Shown: positions 1 through 9,455 of the stretch, piece by piece
How positions within the stretch are numbered: the first letter of the stretch is position 1
How the letters are laid out: each line of letters starts with the position of its first letter
Origin: Candidatus Eiseniibacteriota bacterium
GTDB taxonomy: Bacteria; Eisenbacteria; RBG-16-71-46; CAIMUX01; VGJL01
Length of the DNA: 64,000 nt
Assembly: GCA_963792585.1 (NCBI GenBank)
Contig: CAWBWI010000003.1
Span: forward strand, 672,001-736,000
Reading direction: 5' to 3'
The notes under the pieces: model-generated
Databases searched by the model: none
The model's input: only the letters and a program-made list of their open reading frames with translations
Told to the model about the DNA's origin: nothing
Position numbers and translations under genes: made by a program

Positions 1-271
1 CGCGAGAGACCGAGTAGGTCTTCTTCTTGTTTACCTCCTCGAAGCTGAAGAGGTATTCCTCGACCGGTTTGGCGAGTTGCTGTTCCACTTCCGCCGAAGT
101 CGCGCCCGGCATCACGCCGACCACCAACCCCTGTCGAATCGTGAACTCCGGGAACTCCTGGCGCGGCATCGTGAAGAAGGAGACGACGCCATAGATCACA
201 AGCGCGCCGACCAGCGTGACGACGATCCGCCAATGGACCATTGTCTTCTCGATAACGCTGTGTTTGCCCAC
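1..271 (-). CDS. Efflux RND transporter permease subunit (AcrB/AcrD/AcrF family), 5' part, runs off the window
   Basis: My translation from GTG at 271: VGKHSVIEKTMVHWRIVVTLVGALVIYGVVSFFTMPRQEFPEFTIRQGLVVGVMPGATSAEVEQQLAKPVEEYL, i.e. TM1 plus the P..EFP / PGA...EVE..v..P.E signature. Lies directly downstream of the adaptor gene. Confidence 0.9.
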   Translation of the reverse strand, partial: MGKHSVIEKTMVHWRIVVTLVGALVIYGVVSFFTMPRQEFPEFTIRQGLVVGVMPGATSAEVEQQLAKPVEEYLFSFEEVNKKKTYSVSR

Positions 272-275
272 GCCA

Positions 276-1346
276 TCACCTCGCATCGTTGGTCGGAGTC
301 AGGACCCGGACCGTCATTCCGTCAGCGAGCATGGGCGTTCCGGACGTCACGACCCGATCGCCCTCGACCACGCCGCGAGAGAGCGCCGTCATCTCCCCGA
401 GAAATCCCGCAACCTCAACGGTCTGCCGGTGCACTCTTCCATCCGTCGCGACCACATACACGCAGGGCGTCCCCTTCTCGTCCACGCGGACGGCTTCTCG
501 CGGAACCACGATCGCCGACGTCGCGTCTTCCCAGCGGACGTGCAGCTCAGTCACCATTCCCACCCGCAACTCACCGGTGGGATTGGGAACTGCGACCTTG
601 ATCGGATAGGTCCTGGTCAGAGGATCGGCAACCGCGCCGATTTCGCGGACGATGCCGGAGAACTCGCGATGCAGGGCCGCTACCACGACGCGCGCTCCTT
701 GACCCTTGCGGATCCGCGACACCTGCATCTCGGGCACCGGGGCGGTGGCCAGGACGGTGCGGGTTTGTACCAGGACGATGGCTGGAATACCGGGCACGGC
801 GGTTGATCCGGGTTCCACGTTTCGCCGAGCCACGATTCCGTCGGCCGGAGCGCGAAGGTTGGTGTCATCCAGGTTCTTCTGAGCGATCGCGAGCGAGTGG
901 CGCACCTGGTCGAGACCCGTCTCGACCTCGACCCACTTCACATCCGGGAGTGTGTGTTTGCGATGCATCGGCTCCATCCTCCGAGCCGCATCCTCAGCCT
1001 GATCGGCCTGCGCTTGGGCAATCGCCAATGCGTCCCGGTAAGACGCGGCCGACAGACGGGCGAGGACTTGACCGCGAACGACGGCTTCCCCTTCCTGGAC
1101 CAGGACTGCTTCGATGGTTCCAGGCACGGCAAAGCTGAGGGCGGTTGACCGCTCGGCCTCGATGGTTCCACTGAGTCGCAGATCGCGGGCCGAATCGGTC
1201 CGGACGACCGGAGCAACTTTGACCGTTGGCGGTGGTGTGGGCGGGGGAGCGGACCGTTGACATCCGACGAGCGAAAGGGTGGCGAGGATCGCGGCCAGCG
1301 ACATCCACTTGCCACTGCGCAGTTGCTCACGGTTCCGGTGCAGCAC
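276..1346 (-). CDS. Efflux RND transporter periplasmic adaptor (MFP) lipoprotein
   Basis: Lipobox LVGC, lipoyl-like GEAVVRGQVLARL, coiled hairpin, LRAPADG, DPLTRTY..K, GELRVGM, GDRVVTSG. SD GGAGG before the GTG. Confidence 0.92.
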   Translation of the reverse strand: MLHRNREQLRSGKWMSLAAILATLSLVGCQRSAPPPTPPPTVKVAPVVRTDSARDLRLSGTIEAERSTALSFAVPGTIEAVLVQEGEAVVRGQVLARLSAASYRDALAIAQAQADQAEDAARRMEPMHRKHTLPDVKWVEVETGLDQVRHSLAIAQKNLDDTNLRAPADGIVARRNVEPGSTAVPGIPAIVLVQTRTVLATAPVPEMQVSRIRKGQGARVVVAALHREFSGIVREIGAVADPLTRTYPIKVAVPNPTGELRVGMVTELHVRWEDATSAIVVPREAVRVDEKGTPCVYVVATDGRVHRQTVEVAGFLGEMTALSRGVVEGDRVVTSGTPMLADGMTVRVLTPTNDAR

Positions 1347-1420
1347 TTCGAGATCCTCCTTCGCGGGTGTTTTCGCAGACGCGTGTCTGCGGGGGTCGGC
1401 ATGGGAATGCAGCCCAGGAC

Positions 1421-3484
1421 CTAGAGATCCGGAAAGCGGCGCCTCAACGCCGAAGGGAAAGGACCGGCCTCATTCCAAGGATGGAGAAGCCCGTCCGTCG
1501 AGGCCCGTATCCAATCGGGTGGATGTTCCGCCCTCCGTTCGAACCACTTGACGGTCAGGATCGGGGCTGGATAGTCGAACTTCCGCAGATCTTCCAATCC
1601 AAGATCGGGAAGGAATGCGGGCAAGCGCAGGTTCAGACCGGGAAAGTAGGCACGGGCGCCGAACCGGAGATGCTTCGGATCCCGATCCCCGCGCGTCAGG
1701 CTTCGCCAGATCGCGATGGCCCCCAGTCGGTGCGTTCCCCATCGTCGAACGTAGAAACCTTCGAGGTGATCCAGAACCAACACCTCCAGAGTGTCGGGGC
1801 CGTCCAGGAGAGTGTCACAGGTCACGGTCCCTCGAAGCGTTGTCCCGAACATGACTTCGATGGCGTTGTAGTCGGAGGTCAGGTACTCCAGGCCCATGAC
1901 CTGCGAGAGCTTCCCCGAACGCGCTTCAATGGTGTCCACCGTCGACCGTGTCGGAACTCCCCCCAGGAGAGGTCGAGCAGAGTACGTCCGCGGGTACTCG
2001 TACTCCATCTGGAACCGGCCTTCACCGATGGTTGAGCGGCGAAGGAAGCGGATTGGATAGAGCCCGTAGTTCTCGTACTTGTTCTCGAATGGGCGCGCCA
2101 GGGACGCTTCATCGAAAGTGCGGGGTCGTGCATCGGCCACATTGTGGATGAAGTCCATACCAGATCTGACCCGCAACTGGAGGTGGGCGCGGGCCCCGTC
2201 CTTGGCCTGTGCGGATCCGGGAGGGCCGAATGCCCCAGCCAGGTATAGGCTGTCCGTGCGCGCCCAGACCGCTCGATTGGAGGCATCGAAGCTCCCCGCA
2301 ATACTGTCGACGGAGGCTTCGCTCACATAGGATTCCGCGCTCTTTCCGTACTGCGTCCTGGTCCCTGCCGCCGCACTCGTTGCGGAAGTCGGATCCATGG
2401 ACAAGCTGCAAAGGAAAAGCAGGCACGCGCCGATTCCGAGTCGAGAGGGAGATAGACGACCTTGCCGCGCCCAGGTCCGTTCAGGCCGTTCCTCGCCATG
2501 AGCCCAAAGGAGCTTCAGGCCGGCAACGTAGCAAGTGGAGGCAATCAGGAACCCGCCCAGGACATCCGCGGCATAGTGGTAACGAAGGTAGACCGTGGCA
2601 ATTGCCACGCCCATCGTCAGGGGCGCCAGCAACCAGCCGAGCGATCGATCGTATCTCCGGGCAGCCAACGTCCAGATGACCGCGCCCGTCACGTGGGCGG
2701 AGGGGAAACAACCTCCCCGGATCGCGCCCGCGGACTGGATGGTTCGAGTCAGCCACCCTAGGAGGTACCCGGTGTAGTCCGTGTTGTACTGAATGTTCAT
2801 CGCGGGCCACATGCGAGGGCTCAAGGCCGGTAGGAAGAAGAAGACGGAGTAGGCAGCCAGATGTGAGAGCGTCACCAGCGAGACAATGGATCTCAGGTCC
2901 CGGTACCGCCGGCGGAGGAGGAACACGATGCATACGGCCGGCGCAAAGAAATAGTAGCTCAGATAGAAGCCGGCCATGATCTCATCCAGCCACGGAGCAT
3001 AGAGACGCTGGATCCAGACGGTGGGATGGACGTGGAAGAGCATGAAGTCCGCCCGAATCATCAGGGATGTCGCCCAGTACGATCCGTGGATCATGGGGAT
3101 CAAGTGGTCCAGCTCCGTCCAGGCGTAGGCGCAGCAGAACAGTGGGTACAGAGTCCGCCACAACTGAATCCCTGGACTTTGTGGGGAGGTGCGCGCGACC
3201 CGGATCAGGCCGGCGATCGCAAGTACGATGGCCAGATGCGCGGCAGCATCGATGCGCCAGCCCGGCACGTTGCTCCGGAAGCGAACGATGAGGAGACCCA
3301 CGACCGCCATGTACACAAGGCACACCCAGTCCATCACTAACAGGCGGCGAACGGCTTGAGGATGATGAGCCCGGCGGCGGGCCACTCCGTACTCCACGTA
3401 CGAGGAGTGTGAGACTCTGGCGGGAGCTTGCAGATCGGCGGAACTGTCGCATCCCGCGGCGGATTCGTTATGCGTAGGCATCAT
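1421..3484 (-). CDS. PAP2/Aur1-like membrane phosphatase or phosphotransferase fused to an uncharacterised C-terminal soluble domain
   Basis: Several TM helices, GCFPSAHV and YLRYHYAADV PAP2 motifs in the first ~330 aa, then a hydrophobic segment and ~300 aa of unrecognised sequence. Start codon uncertain. Confidence 0.75.
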   Translation of the reverse strand: MMPTHNESAAGCDSSADLQAPARVSHSSYVEYGVARRRAHHPQAVRRLLVMDWVCLVYMAVVGLLIVRFRSNVPGWRIDAAAHLAIVLAIAGLIRVARTSPQSPGIQLWRTLYPLFCCAYAWTELDHLIPMIHGSYWATSLMIRADFMLFHVHPTVWIQRLYAPWLDEIMAGFYLSYYFFAPAVCIVFLLRRRYRDLRSIVSLVTLSHLAAYSVFFFLPALSPRMWPAMNIQYNTDYTGYLLGWLTRTIQSAGAIRGGCFPSAHVTGAVIWTLAARRYDRSLGWLLAPLTMGVAIATVYLRYHYAADVLGGFLIASTCYVAGLKLLWAHGEERPERTWARQGRLSPSRLGIGACLLFLCSLSMDPTSATSAAAGTRTQYGKSAESYVSEASVDSIAGSFDASNRAVWARTDSLYLAGAFGPPGSAQAKDGARAHLQLRVRSGMDFIHNVADARPRTFDEASLARPFENKYENYGLYPIRFLRRSTIGEGRFQMEYEYPRTYSARPLLGGVPTRSTVDTIEARSGKLSQVMGLEYLTSDYNAIEVMFGTTLRGTVTCDTLLDGPDTLEVLVLDHLEGFYVRRWGTHRLGAIAIWRSLTRGDRDPKHLRFGARAYFPGLNLRLPAFLPDLGLEDLRKFDYPAPILTVKWFERRAEHPPDWIRASTDGLLHPWNEAGPFPSALRRRFPDL

Positions 3485-3562
3485 GCCGTCCCGCCCAGTA
3501 GGATGTTTGGACGTCCCATCGCGGCCCGCACGACCACCACTTCAGGAACAGCCGGGGATGGG

Positions 3563-3859
3563 TCATGACGCGGCCTGACCCTCCTCGGGAGCTTGCTCCC
3601 GATGGAATCGGAGCTGTTCAATCACCAACGCGGAAGCGCCCGAGATTCGTGCGGAGCGTCCTTCTCCCTGGGCGAGAAACTCCAGGCAAACCTCGTCGAT
3701 GTATCGCAGGCCCGCCAAGTGCAGCGTCAACTCGATGTCCCGACCCACATACGAATCGATGAGCTGTCTCAGTCCTGGTAGGTACTCCACCGTGAGGCTG
3801 CCTGTGAGCGAGTACTCAATTTTCGTGTCGGAGAACGATCGGAGATCCACTCTGAGCAT
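3563..3859 (-). CDS. STAS-like (anti-sigma factor antagonist type) small protein
   Basis: MLRVD...YSLTGSL...LTLHLAGLRYIDEVCLEFL...ISGASALV matches the STAS pattern. SD AGGAG before ATG 3859. Confidence 0.7.
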   Translation of the reverse strand: MLRVDLRSFSDTKIEYSLTGSLTVEYLPGLRQLIDSYVGRDIELTLHLAGLRYIDEVCLEFLAQGEGRSARISGASALVIEQLRFHREQAPEEGQAAS

Positions 3860-4598
3860 GGCTGTGCTCCTTTCCCAGTCTAGATGAACTCCCTCGCCGA
3901 CGAGCATTTCCGGACCCCGACAACCGCGAGCCCTGACATGCCCAACTCGAAGCGGAGCGCGTTGCCTGTGGTGACGCGTTCCATCCAGGGGGGGCGGCGA
4001 TCCCCTTTGTCGAGAGGTCCTCGGCGTCATCGCCAGGAAAGGCGGCGAACTCACGGAAGTCCGCTTTGACGAGCCATCTCCTGGACAGGCGACAGGTCGT
4101 GCCGGCCCCGGAGTGCACGGCGAAGACCGTCTGGGGGTTCTCGAGCCGCGACCGACGATCCTCGACCGTGTCCGAAAGGAACGTCAGCGCCCGGCCGCCC
4201 GCGGTGACGTACGGCGACCACCGCAATCCCGCCAGCGGGAGCGTGGCGACGATGTTGGCTTGATAGGTGAGGATGTGTGACGTCTTGCGGTCGGCGCTGT
4301 GCGTGGCATCCAGTTCTATCTCGCGATGAACGGGCAGCGACCAGGAGACCTCACCCTCGACCGCACAGATGCGGTTGATGTGGTATGTGCCCGCGATGGC
4401 AATTGGGACGTCCGTGAGATCGTCGGGCAGCGCAGTGTCATTCTCGTTCAAGACGGTCACTCCGCTGGAAACCAAGATATCCAGGCCGGATGCCCCAATC
4501 CCTGGCTCCGATGCCCCCGCCGCACCGGCCGCCCCGACAGACAACGGCCAAAAGGACACGAGAGTGAGGGCGCCCGCGAGGCTGCGTGTGGACTTCAT
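3816..4598 (-). pseudogene. Outer-membrane beta-barrel protein, probably frameshifted near the C-terminus
   Basis: Signal peptide, alternating beta strands, WSPYVTAGG and ADFREF motifs. The likely last strand (PWMERVTTGNALRF) is in another frame after a G7 run at ~3988-3994. Confidence 0.6.
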
Positions 4599-4667
4599 GG
4601 AACCCTCCTTGGATCTTCCGTAGCGCAGGGGATGTGGGTTGCCGGCCATCCTGACGCTTGCCCGATC

Positions 4668-4905
4668 TCACGAGTTGCTTCTGCCGAGTGTGGCCCTCTG
4701 GATTCGAGGGTCCATGCGGTCGGCAAGCCGTTGAAGCGCTTCCAGGTCGATGACGAGGAGCGCCTGGATTTCGACCGGCGTCAACTGATGCCCCTCTGCG
4801 ATGAATTTCTCGTATCGCAACTTCGGGCTGTAGAGTGAATGACCGGCGGAGGCCGGGGTTCGTGGCAAGTCTGCCGATGATCAGCTCGACACTTTGTTGC
4901 GACAT
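4668..4905 (-). pseudogene. Os1348-like (NHLP clan) small protein, one-base frameshift
   Basis: MSQQSVELIIGRLATNPGLRRSF...AIRE in one frame continues as FIAEGHQLTPVEIQALL...LADRMDPRIQR in another. An extra A in GAAATTC at ~4805. SD GGAGG. Confidence 0.7.
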
Positions 4906-4929
4906 TTCCCGCACCTCCTGGCGAGACGT

Positions 4930-4946
4930 ATCCAAGAGGCGTGCCA
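4930..4946 (-). promoter_or_regulatory. Sigma-54-type -24/-12 promoter (imperfect -12)
   Basis: TGGCACGCCTCTTGGAT versus consensus TGGCACG-N4-TTGCW. Sits upstream of the Os1348-like gene and next to a sigma-54 activator gene. Confidence 0.55.
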
Positions 4947-5086
4947 ACCAGGACGTTTGTTCTCGGGAATCAAGGAACTGCCGTGTCCGTCATGGGATGC
5001 GCGCGACGCACCGATCTCGAGCGAGATCGACGTCCGCAGTGAAATCGGTTCGGGTGTTGCGGGAATCTGAACAGGTGCAGGAATTT

Positions 5087-7153
5087 CTACAACGATGCTC
5101 CAGCGGCGCCGGAGTCGGCGTTCGCCGCAAGGCCATGCCTCTGCATGCGCGAGTAGAGCTGGGATCGTGTAATCCCGAGGATGCGGGCGGCCTTCGACCG
5201 GTTGTTGTCCGCCTCTGCGAGGGCCTGGAGGATCATGTCCCGCTCGACCGCCATCAAATTCATGTCCTGGCCGCGGGCGTGGCTGGGAATAGGAGCCACC
5301 TTCGGTGCGACCGGGCGCTGCAGGCCCATGGGAAGGTGCTCGACCGATATGAGTCCGCCGTCGCACAGAATCGTCGCCCGTTCGATCGCGTTTCGAAGCT
5401 CGCGGACGTTGCCGGGGAAGGAATACGCCAACAACGCTCCGAGCGCGTCACGGGAGATTCCCGCCGCCGGCCGCCCGACGGAACGGCCGATCTCTTCCAG
5501 GAACGCCTCGGCCATGGGGTGAATGTCGTCCCGTCGCTCCCGGAGCGGAGGAAGGCGGATCTCGAAGACTCGCAGCCGGTAGTACAGATCTTCGCGAAAT
5601 GTGCCCCTCCGGATCGCGGCATCCAGGTCGCGATTCGTGGCGGCGAGGATCCTGACATCGGCCTTCAGGGTCTTACTTCCCCCCAGTGGCTGGTACTCCT
5701 TCTCTTGGAGCACTCGGAGCAACTTGGCTTGAACGGGCAGACTCATCTCGCCCACCTCGTCCAGGAGCAATGTCCCGCCGGCCGCCTGCTGAATTCGTCC
5801 TGGCCGGGACTGAGTTGCTCCCGTAAAGGCGCCCCGCTCATGACCGAACAACTCAGATTCGAGCAGCGTCTCGGGAAGAGCCGCGCAGTTGATGGCCACG
5901 TATGGACCACCGGAACGCGCAGAGCCGCGGTGAATGAACCGGGCCACCACGTCCTTGCCGGTTCCGGATTCACCGGTCAGGAGCACGGTGGTCTCGATAG
6001 GCGCAACTTTGGCCGCTTGATTCAGGGCGTCCTTCCAGCTCTGGGATTCGCCGAGGATCCGCGGCGAGCCGGACACCGCGTCCAGCTCGGTGCGAAGCGC
6101 CTGAACTCGTTCCTGGAGCACCTCCGCGCGCCGCCGCTCCTCCCCAGCCCTATGTTCCTCTTCGGCCAGGCGCTGATGCGAGAGGGCCAGGCTTACGTGA
6201 TCGGCTACGCGGCGCGCGATCAGGACATCCTCCTCCTTGTACAGATTCTTCACCTTGGAAACGAAGATGAGGGCGGCCAGTCCCCCCGTGTCCATCCGCA
6301 GCGGAATCCGGAGGACGGAGCGGATCCCTAGCTTCCGGGCCAACCGCATCGTCTCGGAGTCATCGGGCGCCATTACGCCCAGATCCGCAATGATCTCATA
6401 GTCGATCTCGGGATTCAGGAGTTGCTCTTCCACCGGCAGCGTAGGTGGGACATCCGGGATCGGTTCCCCGGAAACCGCCTGAACCTTGATCCGCTTCCCA
6501 TCGACCGTAGGGGTGATCAACGCCATCCGATCGTGGGCAAGGACCGGGCTCACGACCTCCGAAACCCGGTCGAAGACCTCACGGATGTTGATGGAGTCCG
6601 CCAAGGTCAAGAGGAGAGAGTCGATTGCATCCATGCGACGGCGCTGCGCGGCATCGAGATCCCATAGCCGCTCGTGTTCCAGTGCCAGGACGACCATGTC
6701 TGCGAAGGACAAGAGGGCGGCCAATTGGTCCTCGGTGAACAGCACATGCGCCCTGCTGGCGACACCCAGGTTCCCCAGCACCTCGGATCCCCGGGTCAGC
6801 GGAACGACCATGCCCGACTGGTATCCCTGGTCCCGGACCCACCGATCCGCTCCGTACGCCGGGTCCAGATAGTCTGTCGGCGTATCTGACTTCACGATCC
6901 GCTCGAGTCCACGACGCAACATGGGCGAGCAGTCGGTCAGGGATCCGGAGTAGACAAGTCTTTCGCCTCGAGAGACGTAGGCGTGAACTTGCACCTCGTC
7001 GTCGCCACAAAGACGGGCGATGATGACGTCATCGCAGGGGATTACCGATCGCGTGACCTCGGCGACGCGGTCGAACACCATGTTCAGCTCAAGAGAGCCG
7101 GAAAGGCTCTGGGCGATTCGACGCAGGGCCCCGATGATGTCTGCGGATTCCAT
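5087..7153 (-). CDS. Sigma-54-dependent enhancer-binding protein (GAF-GAF-AAA+-Fis HTH)
   Basis: GESGTGK Walker A, ESELFGHERGAFTGA, LLLDEV Walker B, FREDLYYRL, PGNVREL, C-terminal SKAARILGI HTH. Confidence 0.95.
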   Translation of the reverse strand: MESADIIGALRRIAQSLSGSLELNMVFDRVAEVTRSVIPCDDVIIARLCGDDEVQVHAYVSRGERLVYSGSLTDCSPMLRRGLERIVKSDTPTDYLDPAYGADRWVRDQGYQSGMVVPLTRGSEVLGNLGVASRAHVLFTEDQLAALLSFADMVVLALEHERLWDLDAAQRRRMDAIDSLLLTLADSINIREVFDRVSEVVSPVLAHDRMALITPTVDGKRIKVQAVSGEPIPDVPPTLPVEEQLLNPEIDYEIIADLGVMAPDDSETMRLARKLGIRSVLRIPLRMDTGGLAALIFVSKVKNLYKEEDVLIARRVADHVSLALSHQRLAEEEHRAGEERRRAEVLQERVQALRTELDAVSGSPRILGESQSWKDALNQAAKVAPIETTVLLTGESGTGKDVVARFIHRGSARSGGPYVAINCAALPETLLESELFGHERGAFTGATQSRPGRIQQAAGGTLLLDEVGEMSLPVQAKLLRVLQEKEYQPLGGSKTLKADVRILAATNRDLDAAIRRGTFREDLYYRLRVFEIRLPPLRERRDDIHPMAEAFLEEIGRSVGRPAAGISRDALGALLAYSFPGNVRELRNAIERATILCDGGLISVEHLPMGLQRPVAPKVAPIPSHARGQDMNLMAVERDMILQALAEADNNRSKAARILGITRSQLYSRMQRHGLAANADSGAAGASL

Positions 7154-7355
7154 TGCCACCCCATCCTGCCGGAGCCCCGTTCGGATGAGCGGGGGCAACC
7201 CCGGTCTGGAGCCAAGAGTACAGGTCTTTAGGAGGCCGACAACACTCATCCCCTTGGAGCCACGCAGCTCCGATAGCGGGGTGCTTCCCGTATGATTCTA
7301 CGCATGACATGATCCCCGGTCTCCAGTCGAGGGGGACTGCGCCTTCGGGCCAGAA

Positions 7356-7610
7356 TGGCCTTGACCCCAATTCAGGTCCACTCGGCGCGCAACTTCTGGA
7401 GCCTGTTTCGGTCCGGTTCGAAGATACCCCCTTACCTGCATTGGGCGGGAGCCTGACTCTTCAACGCATTGTGGGGTCGGTGGTTGTTGTACTCCTCCCT
7501 CCACGCCGCAATGATCTTCTCCGCATCCGCGAGACCGAGGAACCAACGTTGCGACAGGCTCGCTTGTCGAGGCCTCCCATTGAACGACTCGATGTGGGCG
7601 ACGTGGGGAT
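7356..7610 (-). mobile_element. IS3-family remnant (3' end of the transposase gene plus right terminal inverted repeat)
   Basis: HIESFNGR...WFLGLADAEKIIAAWREEYNNHRPHNAL is an IS3 OrfB C-terminus. Terminal sequence TGGCCTTGACCCCAATTCAGGTCCA at 7356-7380 resembles IS3 IRs. Confidence 0.8.
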
Positions 7611-7758
7611 CGATTCCTTCCGTAAGGCACCCGAATCCCATTGAACGATTCGGCACGCTGTGCGTTCGCACGAACGAGCGCGTCATCGCCCTGAGTGTTA
7701 CGTCGATCTTTCAGGTCTGGTTTGTGCGGCCAAGCGGAACTCGGCCGAGAAGGGAGTC

Positions 7759-8730
7759 ATGACCATGAACGCGAGACTCAGAAAGCGCATCAGGGGGATG
7801 GTCGCTCCGGGGTGTACCGTCCTCATGTTACTTGCCCTCATCGACGAAGCGTCGGCCCTCAAGCCAGTCCGCGGATACGCTGCCACCCCAGGGGAGTACG
7901 GGATCATCTATCAAGAAGTGGCGTTCCACTCCCCAGATAGCCTCCGGCTCGTCGGATGGTTCTATCCCGCGCAGGACACAATGGGAATCGCCAATGACCT
8001 GGTGGGTCGCGTGTTCCCTGTGCCGGAGAAGCTCCGGCGAGCACCGCGGCCGTACCCCGACAAGAGCCGCGCAGGCCTCCCCACGATTGTCATCTGTGAT
8101 GGCGATGGCGGAAACATGGCCGACCTCATCTTCTACGCCTACAACTTCTTCACTCGCGGCTATAACGTCTTCACGTTCGACTGGCGTGGTTTCGGCCAGA
8201 GCGCGGACTGGCCCATGGATCCGGATCAGCTCTGCTGCAGCGAGTTTCTGCGCGACTACGACGCCGCGCTGGGCAATGTCGAGGCGCGACCGGAAGTCGA
8301 TCCACAGAGAATCGCTCTCCTGGGATTCTCGACGGGTGCCTACCTTTCCTTTGCCATGCTGGAGACTCATCACGAGATTGCGGCGTTCGCCGGTCGGGCG
8401 CTTCTGACGAACTTCGAAGATATCCTGCCCATCCTCCGTCAACTCGATCCGACTAGGAACTGGCATGCCCCTGCCGACTATCCAACGGCCCTTCTGCCGA
8501 TTCAGGTCGCGACGAACATCCATGTGCCCGTCCTTCTTGTCGTGGGGGAGAAAGATCCGAGAACACCCCCTTGGATGTCGGAGAAGATCCTGGGTCTGAT
8601 CAAGGGACCGAAGGAACTATGGATCGTGTCCGGAGCCGGCCATGGCGGTGCTTCCGCACCGGAGTTCACCAACTACCCGGAGTTCTTCGACCGCGCCGCT
8701 GAGTTCTTTGCCGCGCACATGGGGCATTGA
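7759..8730 (+). CDS. Secreted alpha/beta-fold hydrolase
   Basis: Signal-like N-terminus, FDWRGFGQS, nucleophile elbow GFSTG, GEKD acid, GAGHG histidine. Confidence 0.88.
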   Translation: MTMNARLRKRIRGMVAPGCTVLMLLALIDEASALKPVRGYAATPGEYGIIYQEVAFHSPDSLRLVGWFYPAQDTMGIANDLVGRVFPVPEKLRRAPRPYPDKSRAGLPTIVICDGDGGNMADLIFYAYNFFTRGYNVFTFDWRGFGQSADWPMDPDQLCCSEFLRDYDAALGNVEARPEVDPQRIALLGFSTGAYLSFAMLETHHEIAAFAGRALLTNFEDILPILRQLDPTRNWHAPADYPTALLPIQVATNIHVPVLLVVGEKDPRTPPWMSEKILGLIKGPKELWIVSGAGHGGASAPEFTNYPEFFDRAAEFFAAHMGH

Positions 8731-8804
8731 GGATCACCGCGGGTGGATTGCTTCCCATCACGAGGCTTCCCGGCCCCGACCGAGCGAAAGAGTGTGGTTG
8801 ACCG

Positions 8805-9074
8805 TCAGTATCCGCCTTCGGAGCCGTCTGGCTCCGGGATGTGCAGCCTCACGCGCTGCGTGGTCTTCGCCGCGCAGGCGATCACGAGATGCCGGATCGC
8901 ATCGACGATGCGTCCATGCTTCCCGAGCACCATGCCGATCTCCCCGGGGGCGACTCGGATCGTCAGGTGGACGACTCCGTCCTCAGTGGACTGGACTGCG
9001 ATGTCAACGGCCTCCGGCTGGTCGACGACCATCTGAACCAACCGGGATGCGAATTCCTGAAGCTCTTTGTCCAC
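8805..9074 (-). CDS. khpA: KH-domain RNA-binding protein (KhpA/YlqC family)
   Basis: 89 aa, VDQPEAV...RVAPGEIGMVLGKHGRIVDAIR with a GxxG loop. Confidence 0.85.
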   Translation of the reverse strand: MDKELQEFASRLVQMVVDQPEAVDIAVQSTEDGVVHLTIRVAPGEIGMVLGKHGRIVDAIRHLVIACAAKTTQRVRLHIPEPDGSEGGY

Positions 9075-9455
9075 GATGCTTGGTCTCCCGAAGATTCAGC
9101 GAGTGAAGGGTATTCTGAAGGCGGAGGGTGACCGCAATCACCAGGACCCCCGAAAACTACCCTTGCCGGCTTCGACCGACTCCGTCGAATGTGCCTCCGC
9201 CCGACTGCAGCGGCTGCGCATACCGGCAGCGGTCAGGAGGCCTACGCCCTCTCGACTGGGGTGTGTTGCACTATTAGTCGAAGTCAATCCTCGTTCGGTA
9301 ACGCGTTGCTGTCAATCGTCCGGTGCAACAGCGGCCAGCTCGATAGTCGCATCCGGCTCGTTTACAGCTCACGGCGGGGCGCGCTCCAGCGTACCAGGCC
9401 GCCACCCACGCACAGGTGGCATCCTTCCCTCGATCTTCGCAAGGACTCAGCTGGC

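Noticed and set aside
4835..6331. Long antisense or alternate-frame ORFs (also 51989-53344, 53059-54465, 56074-57348, 59878-60999)
   Set aside because: Shadow ORFs of well-supported genes on the opposite strand, expected in high-GC DNA.
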